Source: a virus. From it: 64,000 nt of DNA. The stretch is taken from IMG/VR virus record IMGVR_UViG_3300042516_004943, positions 1-64,000 of that record, one strand, 5' to 3'. Positions within the stretch are counted from its first letter, which is position 1, and every line of letters begins with the position of its first letter. Position numbers and translations under genes: made by a program. Below are positions 15,262-26,900 of this stretch, one piece after another. The notes below the pieces were generated by a model, which was not told the DNA's origin, did not search any database, and saw only the letters and a program-made list of their open reading frames with translations.

Positions 15262-16563
15262 TTATCGTGATACAGTTTGCGTATAATTAAATCTTAATGC
15301 AAAGTTAATATCTTTGAATTGACCCCTCTTGTTACCAAGGGCATCATAAAAATTATACAACCAACCATGGCTAAATCCACGACCATTACCATCAAGACCA
15401 ATAGAAAATGGATCGGTTGGTATGTACGGATTACTGTTATATCTATTTATAGTTGGTGTAAAAAATAATCCACCAATCCATCTAGAAGTATTTGGGACAG
15501 TTGCAGGAAAGAATATAGCGGCACTTTTGCTAGCTGTATTGCTTCCAGCAGTATAGGCATTGTTTGTAACACTGCCACCAATATCAACATGCGTATACAG
15601 TCTTGTTGCACTTTTTGTAGTGCCAATTGTGTTTGGAAGCGCTGTATTTGGGGGATAATCGTTAATATTTAGAGCATTATTTCCAAACTCATCATCAGCC
15701 CCCAAAAGAGCGGCTGCTGCATATCCGTTATCGCCTTCTGTGCATGGTAATAGAGCCCATGGATTAATCCATGTAAAAGGCTGAAAGCTGCCGATTTGTG
15801 CATATTGTTTTTCTATATTAATTCCGTTTGCGCTCATTTCTCCTAAGAAGTCACGATAACGACCCATAGCTTTCATTTTTCCAAGAGTAGAGAAACTTCC
15901 GCTTGTAATGTTTGGTACTTCAATTGGCGTAACAAGAGCAGGTATAGAAACTTGCAATGTATATGTTAATCTTAGAAATTGGAATGTATCTAAAATAACA
16001 TTCGATGGTAAAACAAATCTACTAAAAAGTATAAAGCCGGTTGGCCTTCCATAGCCGCTTTCTTGAACTGGAAAGCCGCCACCAGAGGTTTCTTTCATGC
16101 CGATTGCTACCTCTCTAACGGTATGCTGTCCTGTTTGTACGGCGTTAAAATCCCAAACCTTTGTATACACACAGCCATCTGCAACATCTTGGCGAAGACA
16201 TGTACCAGTTGTATTTCTGCTTGACCATCCGCCATCTGCGCTTGGTGCAATTGTATTTCCTCTATAATTGGTTGCAGTTGGGTTTGCTGCGTTGCTTGAA
16301 TATACAGCATGAGAAATTACATCGGGTATTCCTCTTGCATGTCGTAAACCGCTAGCACCACCATCAAAAGAAAATGCACTTCTATCATGGCCAACTAAAA
16401 ATCTCAAACCAGTATCTTGTATTAGATTTGGCCTCATTTTGTCGCCAAAAGGCTGACTTACTTCACCATTAGGATGAACTATTTCTACTTTCCACTCTCC
16501 CTTGACAAGCATTTTGTTTTCAACAAATACTTCTTTGTATTTAGGTAAAATAATATTGGCCAT
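15262..16563 (-). CDS. putative virion structural protein, family A (PFG...NLI.D)
   Basis: N-terminal GEWKVEI...PFG...NLIQD and SRFVLP...LRLTY shared with 16614, 23962, 27188. Confidence 0.65.
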   Translation of the reverse strand: MANIILPKYKEVFVENKMLVKGEWKVEIVHPNGEVSQPFGDKMRPNLIQDTGLRFLVGHDRSAFSFDGGASGLRHARGIPDVISHAVYSSNAANPTATNYRGNTIAPSADGGWSSRNTTGTCLRQDVADGCVYTKVWDFNAVQTGQHTVREVAIGMKETSGGGFPVQESGYGRPTGFILFSRFVLPSNVILDTFQFLRLTYTLQVSIPALVTPIEVPNITSGSFSTLGKMKAMGRYRDFLGEMSANGINIEKQYAQIGSFQPFTWINPWALLPCTEGDNGYAAAALLGADDEFGNNALNINDYPPNTALPNTIGTTKSATRLYTHVDIGGSVTNNAYTAGSNTASKSAAIFFPATVPNTSRWIGGLFFTPTINRYNSNPYIPTDPFSIGLDGNGRGFSHGWLYNFYDALGNKRGQFKDINFALRFNYTQTVSR

Positions 16564-16613
16564 ATATTGATTATATTAACATTACAGTAGTAATTATACT
16601 TTTTTTTAATTTT

Positions 16614-17687
16614 TTATCTATTAAAAATCCATCTGATTTTTACAGTTATTGGAGTATTTGCAGAAATAGTTTGTGCAGTATTGAATTTGTAATATATTGC
16701 TGTATTTGAATTAGTATCAGAATGGTGCCATAAATAAATTCCACCAACTGTTCTGCTTGATGTGTGCGAAGGAAATGAATAGATGGCATCTATACTACTG
16801 AAAGCGTCTGTTTGTTGTAGGTTTGAAAATGAAACTGTAGCTAACGGACCAGACGGAGTATAGGTTATTCTAGAATTAGAATAGTTTACTGGACTATGAG
16901 CACTATCAAAAAAGCCTATATTATTAACCCATGTAGCTGTGCCAAAAATATTTTGAAAAGCGCCATAAGTTGCTGGATCATTTGCAGTAACTATTGTACT
17001 CGTTGAATCAACCGTAAAATCTCTATAAGCATATCCATTTGTGTTGCCAAGCGTGATAATTGTATTATTTCCAGTAATAGTTGGCAAAAGACCGGTATTG
17101 TTTGTAGACATTCTAATATAGCCAGTAAAGTCCAAGCTGGCTCCGGTAAGGGCAATTGATAAATCGCTATTCAAATAATTTATAATTAAATTTAAAGAAT
17201 ATGTTATTTTTAATATATCTCCACTTTCTAAGTTGAGGGCACCTGGAAATACAAACCTACTTAATGTTATTGGGGTAGTATTTGCAATTGCGAAATTTCC
17301 AACACAAGCTTCAGAATAGCTGACCTGTGTGCCTGATGGCACAGCTGCAAATGTAAAATCACGGGTTAATATTATTTTATTATTAACGGAATCAATATTG
17401 GTTGTAAAAAATGTACTTCTGTGGGTTTGACCTAAAATTGTTCCTAGCAGGTTTGTTTGCGTTCTTGTTGGTGATGAGCCGTTTGAGCCAACCCTGCATG
17501 TTTGAATAAATGAGTGCAGTCCTTCGCTATAGCCTGTTAGAATTTTTTGATAAAACGTATCTAAAATTAGATTTTTATTTGGCTTTTTTCCAAACGGAAA
17601 TAATACTTTGCCATTTTTTTTATGTACAGAAACTAAGTATTCTCCAAATATTTTAGAAGTATTTTGTATGTCTATATCTGTTTGCAT
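16614..17687 (-). CDS. putative virion structural protein, family A
   Basis: PFGKKPNKNLILD...SRFVFP...LKITY. Confidence 0.65.
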   Translation of the reverse strand: MQTDIDIQNTSKIFGEYLVSVHKKNGKVLFPFGKKPNKNLILDTFYQKILTGYSEGLHSFIQTCRVGSNGSSPTRTQTNLLGTILGQTHRSTFFTTNIDSVNNKIILTRDFTFAAVPSGTQVSYSEACVGNFAIANTTPITLSRFVFPGALNLESGDILKITYSLNLIINYLNSDLSIALTGASLDFTGYIRMSTNNTGLLPTITGNNTIITLGNTNGYAYRDFTVDSTSTIVTANDPATYGAFQNIFGTATWVNNIGFFDSAHSPVNYSNSRITYTPSGPLATVSFSNLQQTDAFSSIDAIYSFPSHTSSRTVGGIYLWHHSDTNSNTAIYYKFNTAQTISANTPITVKIRWIFNR

Positions 17688-17711
17688 AAACTATATTATA
17701 ATAATAAAAAA

Positions 17712-20700
17712 TTAAAACATTTCTAATCCAGAAGCATAATAAGTTCCAGATTCATTTATATTTGGATAAATATAGGCCCCAATTCTGCCAAAACCAGAAG
17801 CTGTATAGTTTCCAGTATCTATTCCAGTGATATGGTCTAAAATATCCGTTTCATAAATCACGCTATCAATATTTCCACTTATTGTTCCGCTTTCAAGCGA
17901 CCCAGTAACGCCAACAAAGTATTCATAATAGGCAATGTTTATAATGTTACCGCTTGTTATTCCAGATGTTCCTTCGCCTAAGACAAGTGGATTTTCAGAA
18001 GATGCGAAAAATATATTATCAATTGATGCATTTAGGCCAGTATACATAATGTCTACGCCCGATAATCCACCAAAAAATCCACTTAATTCTAATGGTATTA
18101 TTCCTGTAATATATAATCCAGTATCTATATTTCCAGAAACTGTTTGTCCTGTCATGAAATCTCCGCTGATACCAGTCAAAGAAAATGGTCGCGTACTAGC
18201 AACATATTCAAATCCTGTAATATTTCCAGAAAGCATACCGGTTATAAATTCTTGACTTTCGAATATGCCAGATACATTTGCAAGCACAACTCCGCTCGTG
18301 TATAGTACTCCAGTGCCAATTCCCGTTCCTGTACCTAAAGAAAAATTACCTATTGGATATACAATATCTGTGATTGGAAATTGCCCAAGGCCTGTAGTTA
18401 TAAGTCCGCTTAAAAATCCTATACCAGTATTTTGATTTGATATTCCAGAAAAACCAGTACCGCTATAGAAATTAAATGTAATTCCAACTGCCCTTCTATA
18501 CACATCAGAAAAACCAAAGCCAGAAACTCCAGCATATTCGCCTGATTGTATTAATAAGCCGCGCAAGCCAAGCGTGCCAGTTAATATTCCAGAACCACTA
18601 TTGACTTCTATGTGACCTATAAATCCAGTCATCATTCCATTTCCAAAAACATTTGAAACTGTTCCAGAAAATCCAGACCCTTCCGTAAAAGAATATCCAG
18701 AATATACTAAATTTGGATATTTAAAATTTGAATTTTGAGAATAGAAACTAGAATGGCTTACCGAATTTTGAGAAAAGAAATACTGTTTATTATCTATAAA
18801 ATACCCACTTGATCCGGACGTACCATCGCCTGTAGAGGCATAATTTATAAACCTTAATGATTGATCTAAAACTCCACTAATAAAGCCTATCATTCTTTCT
18901 CTCGGAAGAGTATTTTCTGAAACAAAGCCGCTATTTGAAAAGTTAAATCCATAAACTGTATTTGTAAATCCTGGATCAAAACCAGATTCTCCATTAAATC
19001 CATTAAAATTTAATGCTATTGGTTTTTTGACAGTTCCTATAATTCCAGTTAAAATTCCACTACCAGTAGTTAACTGCTCTAGCGTAAAAGGATTAAACTG
19101 TATTCCAGAGAATCCAGTAAATTGACTATTAATCGTATAGCCCGAATATAAATTTCCATATCCATAATTTAATTGCTCAAATCCGCCAATTCCAGTAAAT
19201 TGTCCAGAATATTTTAAAATATTTTTATATCCAATATGTCCAGTCATTATTCCTGGTCCAAGAAACGGATCATTAAACCCGATAAAACCGCTTTGCTCTA
19301 TGAAAAATCCCGAAAATTCATAACCAAGATCTGGGTCAACAAAGCCTGGGGTTTTTTCAAAATTAATTGAGGCATTTACGCCAGTATCAAAATATATATC
19401 CTGCTCATAATTTTCATAGTAATATCCGCTATATTCACCAGTTATTACCGCGTCCTGATCTTTGCCTGAAAAAGTTCCGTCTCCGAGCATTGTGCCAAAT
19501 AAAAATCCAGTAATAAGAACTGGCTCTAGTATCGAATCTGGTAAAAATTTATACGACACATTATCTTTTATAAATCCGCTATTTTGAAAAATTCCCGTTG
19601 CCTGTAGAAAAAACCCATCTTCTTCTAAAATGCCGCTTATGTATCCGGTAATATATTCGTATACAAATCCAGTATATGGAAAATCTACTCTTGTATTATC
19701 TATAAAGTATCCGCTTTGTGCTAAAGCACCAGCAGATCTAACAAAATTAAAATTATTATCTATTGATCCGTTAATATACCCAATAACTTGCTCTGCGCCA
19801 GTTGTTCTGTAAGGGGGAAATTGTATTACATTTCTTTCTAGCAATGTTAGCCTTTGACCACTATAAGATCTACTGTATGGCCCAAATATTCCTATCCCAC
19901 TATTTATCCCAGAGTATCCTGTGTATATGCCACTGTAAAATCCGCTAAAACTTGATACAAGGTTTGGGGCAAATGGTTCAAAGGTTCCATTCGGATACAT
20001 TATTCCACTAATTTTACCATACAGGCCTTGATTGTATATATTTTCTATATCCAACAATCTGTAATTAACTACTCCTGTTATATAATCTGCGCCAGTAATT
20101 TGGCTTTGATTGCCGAATTCTAAATATTCCGTTGGCGAAAATGCATTCCACATATTGCCTTCTTGAACTATTGACCAGCTTCCAATATCTCTTAAAAAGA
20201 AACCAACAATATTTGCGCTCATTATATTAGATAATGATTCTGCGGCTTGAGCCGTTTTATTCTCTGAAGCGATATATGCCAAACTATTTATATTTCCACT
20301 TACTGTTGAAAATGAAATATCTGATACGTTTACTGCTATAGGTAATGGCGGCAAAATTATAGCTAAAGATTCTGCCATATTAATAGATATGTCATCAGCT
20401 ATTCTTCTATAATCTCCTCTTAAAACCAGAAATCCGCCGCAGTAATGATCAAGCGCTGCAGTATCATAAGTTTGTCTTCCCAAATTGCTCATTCCGGCCC
20501 CGATCACCATTCTTTTCGGCATCCAGTATTCTGGCTCTTGCACTGTTCCAGAGCGTGTAGTTATTCTGTAAGGCTGTGGGAATGTTCCGGTATATATGCC
20601 AGGATCTTTTCCAAAGAAAGATCTTATTTCGTAAGAATCAAGCTGAGAATAAACCATCAAACAAACAAATTTTTCAGTTCCATTATCTGACTCATAAAAA

Positions 20701-21323
20701 GAAAATGGGTCTCTTTCTACGACTTTTTTTACTTGATCTGCTGAATAGTCTACAGCAAATCCTTTTTTATCTCCTCCAAATATTTCATCATAAATATAAG
20801 TTGTACCTCGAGGTCTAAATTGGCTGGTTGAAAAACATGGCGCAACAACCCCATAGGTATCTACGGATTTATCAAAGCAAAAATAAGGAGGCTCTTCTAC
20901 GCTTGGTCTGTATAAGCTTGTTTCATATTTACCTCTTGCATGTTTAAAAAAATAAAAAACTGTTGTTGGGTCTTTTCTAAATTGAAAATTTGGATCGCTA
21001 GTTCCTGAAAATTCTAGCTCGCCACAATTATCAAGTGCATTTAAAAATATACCAGATTCATGCCAATTAACATTTTTGGGAAATTTTAAAGAAGTTCCCG
21101 AGCATAAATTGCCTATTCCAAACACTTCATTTCCAAAACCAATATTATTATGCTTTCTTAGTGGAAAGTATGCGAATTCCAAATCGTCTTTAATACTGCA
21201 CAAATAATCAGTAAAATCATTTATCTTTGATATTGCATCTGCAGAATAATATCCCCTGCCTTGGCCACTAATTTGCGCCAAGAACCTACTAACTAATGGG
21301 TTAATGATATCATAATGTAGCAT
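17712..21323 (-). CDS. large putative virion/fibre protein with Ser/Thr-Gly modules
   Basis: 1203 aa; many SG/TG dipeptides; N-terminus weakly resembles family B. Confidence 0.65.
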   Translation of the reverse strand: MLHYDIINPLVSRFLAQISGQGRGYYSADAISKINDFTDYLCSIKDDLEFAYFPLRKHNNIGFGNEVFGIGNLCSGTSLKFPKNVNWHESGIFLNALDNCGELEFSGTSDPNFQFRKDPTTVFYFFKHARGKYETSLYRPSVEEPPYFCFDKSVDTYGVVAPCFSTSQFRPRGTTYIYDEIFGGDKKGFAVDYSADQVKKVVERDPFSFYESDNGTEKFVCLMVYSQLDSYEIRSFFGKDPGIYTGTFPQPYRITTRSGTVQEPEYWMPKRMVIGAGMSNLGRQTYDTAALDHYCGGFLVLRGDYRRIADDISINMAESLAIILPPLPIAVNVSDISFSTVSGNINSLAYIASENKTAQAAESLSNIMSANIVGFFLRDIGSWSIVQEGNMWNAFSPTEYLEFGNQSQITGADYITGVVNYRLLDIENIYNQGLYGKISGIMYPNGTFEPFAPNLVSSFSGFYSGIYTGYSGINSGIGIFGPYSRSYSGQRLTLLERNVIQFPPYRTTGAEQVIGYINGSIDNNFNFVRSAGALAQSGYFIDNTRVDFPYTGFVYEYITGYISGILEEDGFFLQATGIFQNSGFIKDNVSYKFLPDSILEPVLITGFLFGTMLGDGTFSGKDQDAVITGEYSGYYYENYEQDIYFDTGVNASINFEKTPGFVDPDLGYEFSGFFIEQSGFIGFNDPFLGPGIMTGHIGYKNILKYSGQFTGIGGFEQLNYGYGNLYSGYTINSQFTGFSGIQFNPFTLEQLTTGSGILTGIIGTVKKPIALNFNGFNGESGFDPGFTNTVYGFNFSNSGFVSENTLPRERMIGFISGVLDQSLRFINYASTGDGTSGSSGYFIDNKQYFFSQNSVSHSSFYSQNSNFKYPNLVYSGYSFTEGSGFSGTVSNVFGNGMMTGFIGHIEVNSGSGILTGTLGLRGLLIQSGEYAGVSGFGFSDVYRRAVGITFNFYSGTGFSGISNQNTGIGFLSGLITTGLGQFPITDIVYPIGNFSLGTGTGIGTGVLYTSGVVLANVSGIFESQEFITGMLSGNITGFEYVASTRPFSLTGISGDFMTGQTVSGNIDTGLYITGIIPLELSGFFGGLSGVDIMYTGLNASIDNIFFASSENPLVLGEGTSGITSGNIINIAYYEYFVGVTGSLESGTISGNIDSVIYETDILDHITGIDTGNYTASGFGRIGAYIYPNINESGTYYASGLEMF

Positions 21324-21333
21324 ATACTAGCAT

Positions 21334-23127
21334 TTATTTATAAAACCCACCAAGCGCTATATTCACATCTGATATTCCAGATAAGGTTTTTAAAATATCA
21401 ATTCCTATTCTATCACCAGCAGTTACTTCAAAAGAAATTTTTGAATTTGCATCTGTTTCTGCATACATCATTCCAGAGCTTATACCAAAATCTATTAAAT
21501 ATTCTTTAACCCCATTTTTATTCTTCTTATAAAATTTTCCAGTTAATGGAGAAAAATCTGGAAGATTTCTATAGCCTATCAGCCCAGTCATTATTCCAAG
21601 TCCGGAATTTGAAAATTGAACTCCACTAAATCCACTTTTTGCTGGAAAAAATCCACTATATTCATATCCGTACTGTTTAATAAATCCGTTTTCAGATTCG
21701 AAGGCCTCAAATTGGTAAGTTCCGTTGCCACCCGTTACAAATCTTCTTTGCTCATATGGATATAAAAAGTATCCACTAAATCCATCAGTATTGGGTGGAT
21801 ATCCCGCACCAGTATGAATTGGTCTGAAATTTGGCAATACCTCAACTTCTAAAAATCCACTGATTATTTCCCCCCTTAGTTCTTCTCTTACCCCTATTGG
21901 CCCATATAAATATCCAGTAAATCCTCCAGACACATCTTGGTATAATCCAGTAAATTGGTTTTGATTTGTATTGCTAAATATTCCAGAATATATATAATTT
22001 ACGTTCTGAAATCCTGGCATGCCACTAAAGCCAGAAAATAAACCGCTTCCAGTAGGAAAATAGTATTGCTGCCCACTTAAAAAATATCCACTTGAATCGA
22101 TTATGAATCCGTTTCTTCCTGTTGGAAACCCACTTATTCTAAATCGAAATGATGATAGTGGATAAAAAATATTTGTTGAGCTTCTATATCCACTTAAAAA
22201 GCCAGTAATTACATTATCAAGCTTATATACATTTCTACTACCTATTGCTTGCGTATATACTGCTGGGCCAAAATTATCAGTATTAGCGGATCCTGTTAGC
22301 GCATTTATATTAAACCCAGTAAATGAATACCCTAAATTTTGATCAAAACCAGGCTCTCCATTAAAACCACTAAAGTTAGTATTTGAAAAATATTTAGCAT
22401 TGTTATTTATAATATATCCACTACCGCCATTAAATAAAAATGACCGTTGTCTTTCTAAAAATCCGCTAATATATCCGGTAATATAATTTGTAAATGTAGT
22501 TGGTCCAGCCCCAGAATTACCACAATATAATCCCCATCCAGTAAATTCAGCTGGATATTGAATATATTGTTCATATAAATTTTCTTTTATTTGCACATTA
22601 TTACCATAATAATTAAAAGCTACTGGTATTTTATCGAATGATGCGGCGGCAGAATAATAACCTAACAAGCTTATTGACAATGATCGCATTTCATTTGCTG
22701 ATGAATGAATATTTAGGCCTAATATATTATGTGGTGTTATTTTGTAATCTAAAGGTCCATTATTAGAGTATTGATATTTTCCTAAAGTAAATGCTCCAAC
22801 ATATTTAGTATCAATAACACTTTCTGGCTTTCTTGTATAAAAAGATCCTTCTAACTTATCATCTCCTGTTGCTGGGTGTGAGCATGTGACCAAAAATCCA
22901 GTGGCCATAAAAAAATCACTCATATATATTTCATTTAAATAATTTCCAACAACTGGCCATCTGCTATAAAATGATATTGGAGCATATCCTCTTAAAAAAA
23001 ATCTATCCGTTAATTGTATCCCAGATGTATTTTTAACTTGCATGCCATCAATAAATAAACGATTGTCATGGGCAGTTAAAATGGACCCATTTAAATTGAT
23101 AGATTCTATGGATAGTACGCTTGGCAT
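21334..23127 (-). CDS. putative virion protein, family C, with SG-module insertion
   Basis: Two tandem domains similar to the N-half of 39046-40944; second domain interrupted by SG modules. Confidence 0.6.
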   Translation of the reverse strand: MPSVLSIESINLNGSILTAHDNRLFIDGMQVKNTSGIQLTDRFFLRGYAPISFYSRWPVVGNYLNEIYMSDFFMATGFLVTCSHPATGDDKLEGSFYTRKPESVIDTKYVGAFTLGKYQYSNNGPLDYKITPHNILGLNIHSSANEMRSLSISLLGYYSAAASFDKIPVAFNYYGNNVQIKENLYEQYIQYPAEFTGWGLYCGNSGAGPTTFTNYITGYISGFLERQRSFLFNGGSGYIINNNAKYFSNTNFSGFNGEPGFDQNLGYSFTGFNINALTGSANTDNFGPAVYTQAIGSRNVYKLDNVITGFLSGYRSSTNIFYPLSSFRFRISGFPTGRNGFIIDSSGYFLSGQQYYFPTGSGLFSGFSGMPGFQNVNYIYSGIFSNTNQNQFTGLYQDVSGGFTGYLYGPIGVREELRGEIISGFLEVEVLPNFRPIHTGAGYPPNTDGFSGYFLYPYEQRRFVTGGNGTYQFEAFESENGFIKQYGYEYSGFFPAKSGFSGVQFSNSGLGIMTGLIGYRNLPDFSPLTGKFYKKNKNGVKEYLIDFGISSGMMYAETDANSKISFEVTAGDRIGIDILKTLSGISDVNIALGGFYK

Positions 23128-23135
23128 ATTTTTTA

Positions 23136-23969
23136 TTACATTACCGATCTGAACATTGCTTTCTGAAAATTATCTACTGCTATATTATAATTATAAATAT
23201 CATTTTCAGAAAATGCATAACCAACAGAAGCGAGCGCTATGTTCGCATCCAACGTTGATGTTACTTTGCTTAAGTAATTATTGCCAAAAAGTAACAATTT
23301 TAAATTATTTTTTAAATCTATATCTGTAGGTAATAACGGAAACCAATTTCCAAAAACTTGCCCATTCAAGTAGCACTTGGTAGTGTTGATGCCAATCATA
23401 AGTCCCGTTCCGCTAATATTAGAATTGATCATTTGATCGGCGGTATATCCAAATCCGCCTAAAGTATTAATTATATTATAAACATATCCAACAATGCCAT
23501 CATTTTTACTAAAATTTAACTCGAAGGCCCCAACGCCAGAAAGTTCTTGAATAAAATTTCTAGTATTTACTCCAATAAATCTTCCATCTTTTGTTATGTT
23601 TGAAAATGGCGTTCTATTGTATACTGATATATGAACGTTTTTAAATGATGCAAATAATGTTAATGGTATATCAGTATTTCCATAACCCGTTACTCCGGTT
23701 ACGCCATTTTTATTGTGGGTTTGCTGTCCAAACCAAGAGATTTTATACTTATTAGGATCTATAAGATTAAAGCTGTGCGAAGATGCGGTTCCTCCAATAA
23801 AAGGATAAAGGGCTATAAATTTATCTATTAAATTTAATTGCCACAATGCATCAGCAAATTCGGCAAGTGCGCCAACTTCATGATTTCTAAACACTTTAAA
23901 GCCACCGCAAGCATTAATGAATGGCATTACGGTTGTGTTAAAAGAATCGTTTACTCGCCTTTTATACAT
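23136..23969 (-). CDS. putative virion protein, family B
   Basis: KFIALYPFIGGTASSHSFNLIDP...NGVTG.TGYGNT shared with 28343-29548. Confidence 0.6.
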   Translation of the reverse strand: MYKRRVNDSFNTTVMPFINACGGFKVFRNHEVGALAEFADALWQLNLIDKFIALYPFIGGTASSHSFNLIDPNKYKISWFGQQTHNKNGVTGVTGYGNTDIPLTLFASFKNVHISVYNRTPFSNITKDGRFIGVNTRNFIQELSGVGAFELNFSKNDGIVGYVYNIINTLGGFGYTADQMINSNISGTGLMIGINTTKCYLNGQVFGNWFPLLPTDIDLKNNLKLLLFGNNYLSKVTSTLDANIALASVGYAFSENDIYNYNIAVDNFQKAMFRSVM

Positions 23970-26900
23970 ATGTTTCTCTATTCATGGCCAGAGTAATATT
24001 TAGAGATATTAATTGATCTTCAAATTTTGTCTGATAGTTATCAAATCTGTAATACCAACCAACATATGGAATATTTATACCCTCAAGATAGTACGCAAAA
24101 TAATCTTCAAAAACAAAAGGTTTTGTTGGGTGCCAAAGGCGATTTGCGTTCCATTTTTCCATAGGGGCAAAAAAGAAGCCACCGATGCCCGTATCATTAT
24201 TTGGAAATTCTGCTTTGAATTGAAACCAATAATTAATTTCTTTTGGATATGAATTAGATGGGTAGTCTGTTGTTAGGCCTCCATATTCATACGTTGGCCA
24301 AGATGGAAATGGAGTATTTGCAAGATTAATACGGTATCTTTTTCCATAATAATCAGTATTATTAGGATATTTGCCTTGAATACCGATCTCTGTAACTTCA
24401 TCTCCGCCAGGTATTACAAACATAAATCTAGTATCGTTTTCAGGCGGAAATGGTGGCGGGTAGTTTGGATAGAATCCCAATCCACTTTCAGGCTCGTTTC
24501 CGATCATAACTGCTGATAGATAGATATTTGGGTTTATTTGATTTCCAAAAAACCATTTATTGTGCGCTGGCCACCAAAACCCGTACATTGGGCCTGCTTG
24601 CGAGCCAACAGCTGAAGCTATTCCGTTAGGAGTAATGGTTCCGAATATTCTACTATAATTTCCAATAAGTTTGATTGAGCCGCTTCCGTTAAAATCGCCA
24701 TAAACTACATTTTCTCCGGTTACAGGTATTGGAGTTATCATTGCCGGAATTCTTATAGCTGTATCATATCTTACTTTTACAAATTCTCCAGTTGTTAGTT
24801 CTATACCCGACAATTGCTTTCTAAAACCAAAGATGCCCGTCATAATTCCACTATTAGACCTAATAAAATAATCATTTCTTGAACCTATGAATCCGGTAAG
24901 TGATCCTGTAATGCTATTTGTTGGATATGTATAGAAAACTCTATGACCTATAAATCCAGAAAGAATACCTGTGCCAAAAGCTCCGGTTAGTCCAGAAAAT
25001 GTAGAGCCTTCTGGGAAATTGAAACCAGTATAAGCGAACCCGGTATCGATACTAAAACCGGGCATTCCATTAAAGCCAGAAAATGTATTTCCGGTTGGAA
25101 AATAATATTGTTGGTTATTTAAGAAATATCCGCTAGATCTTAGTTGTGGAAGTTCTGGATATAAATCTTGAAAGGTAAAAAATTGACCAAGATCGTTTCT
25201 AAATCCGCTTATAAAGCCATTAATTTTTTCATAGTTTATTTTTGGCCAACTCTCCCCAGAAAATCCACTCTGTGATGGGAAAAAGCCCGAGAAAGAAAAG
25301 CCTAATCCAGTATAAAAGCCTGGCATTCCGCTAAAACCAGAAAATGTATTTCCGGTTGGAAAATAATATTTTTTACCACTTAATATATATCCACTAAACC
25401 CTTGACTTCCAGGTATAGGAACAGTAAATGGAATGAATGTGCCAAATGCATTTGTTACACCGCTTCTGAAGCCAACAATGCGCTCTCTTTCAAGTACAGT
25501 ATTGTATATAAAACCGCTACCATATTGTAGATTGAACATTCTACCGCTCGGATTATATCTCCAGCCATATTCGAAAGATGGTATGTTATCGAATCCCTGC
25601 TCTTCAGTACCAAAAGATCTAAGAACGTTTCTGTTTCCAATAATACCGCTGGCGTAACCAGGGCCAGTATTTCCGTTAATTGTTTTTACTGTATAGCTAG
25701 GAAAATTTAAACCGCTAAATTGAAAACCTAAATAGCTATCAAATTCTGGCAGCCCTGAAAATCCGCTTAATGGTATATTTTCATATAAATTTCTATATCC
25801 TAATATTCCAGTCAAAATTCCAGTTCCAGAACTTGTATTATCAACACCGCTAAATCCGCTCCCAGTTATATATGGAAAACCGCTATATGCAAATCCAAGA
25901 TAAGCATCAAATTCATTTGGGTTTTCTCCAGCAAATCCAATAAATTCACCGCTTTTATAAAAAAAGTTTCTGCTGCCAATAAATCCAGTATAAATTCCAG
26001 TTCCAGAATTAGTAAATTCTATACCACTAAATCCGCTTGAAAATTGGAAAAAACCTGAGTATATAAATCCAGTTTCATTACTAAATCCTAATTGGCCAGA
26101 AAATCCAGAAAAAGATTGTCCGGTAGGAAATGCTCTTTGGGATCCTTCAAAAAAATATCCGCTAGATAACTTATCAATTTCACTAAATCCGCTAAAAATG
26201 GTACCGGATTGAAAACCACTTATATAACCTATAATTCTTTCCGTCCTTATTTCTTGTATTGGTGGAAATTGATATCTTTGATTATTTAAATAGTATCCAC
26301 TAGAACTATAAAGCAAATTCGATTCAAATCCAGAAAAATTACCAGTAGTATCACGAAATCCGCTAATATAGCCAGTTATTGGTTGAGAAATTACTTTGCG
26401 ATTTGCGAATGGAATTTGTTGTCCGTTAATAACGTATCCACTTAAATATGCATGTTTAAATTGAGGATCATTTTGATTATAAAATGTAAAATTATTAAAT
26501 TGGTCTAAATTTCCACTCCTGTAACCATATACAATTTGATATTCTTTTGTTTTAACAGGGGGTATATTATATAACTGACCAGAAACTATTATTCCGCTAC
26601 CTATATCTATTGGGTGATTGTGCAAGTTAAAATTGCCACTATTATCAATATATCCGCTTAAAAATCCGGTAGCAAGCTCTTCAGATGTAAATAAAAATCT
26701 AGACCATATACCTCGCCTACCGGCATTGTTAGATAAATCTGATGCATTTGGTTTGAAACCAGCTTCTGTATAGGTGACTCTTTCCGATTCAATAGGAAAA
26801 TCATATGTTCTAGAAAAAATAGCCATTCCTGATCCAGATATGTAAGTTCCTGTGGCTCTATTAAAATTTGGCCTAATATAGTTTGTTTGTTTATAAAATC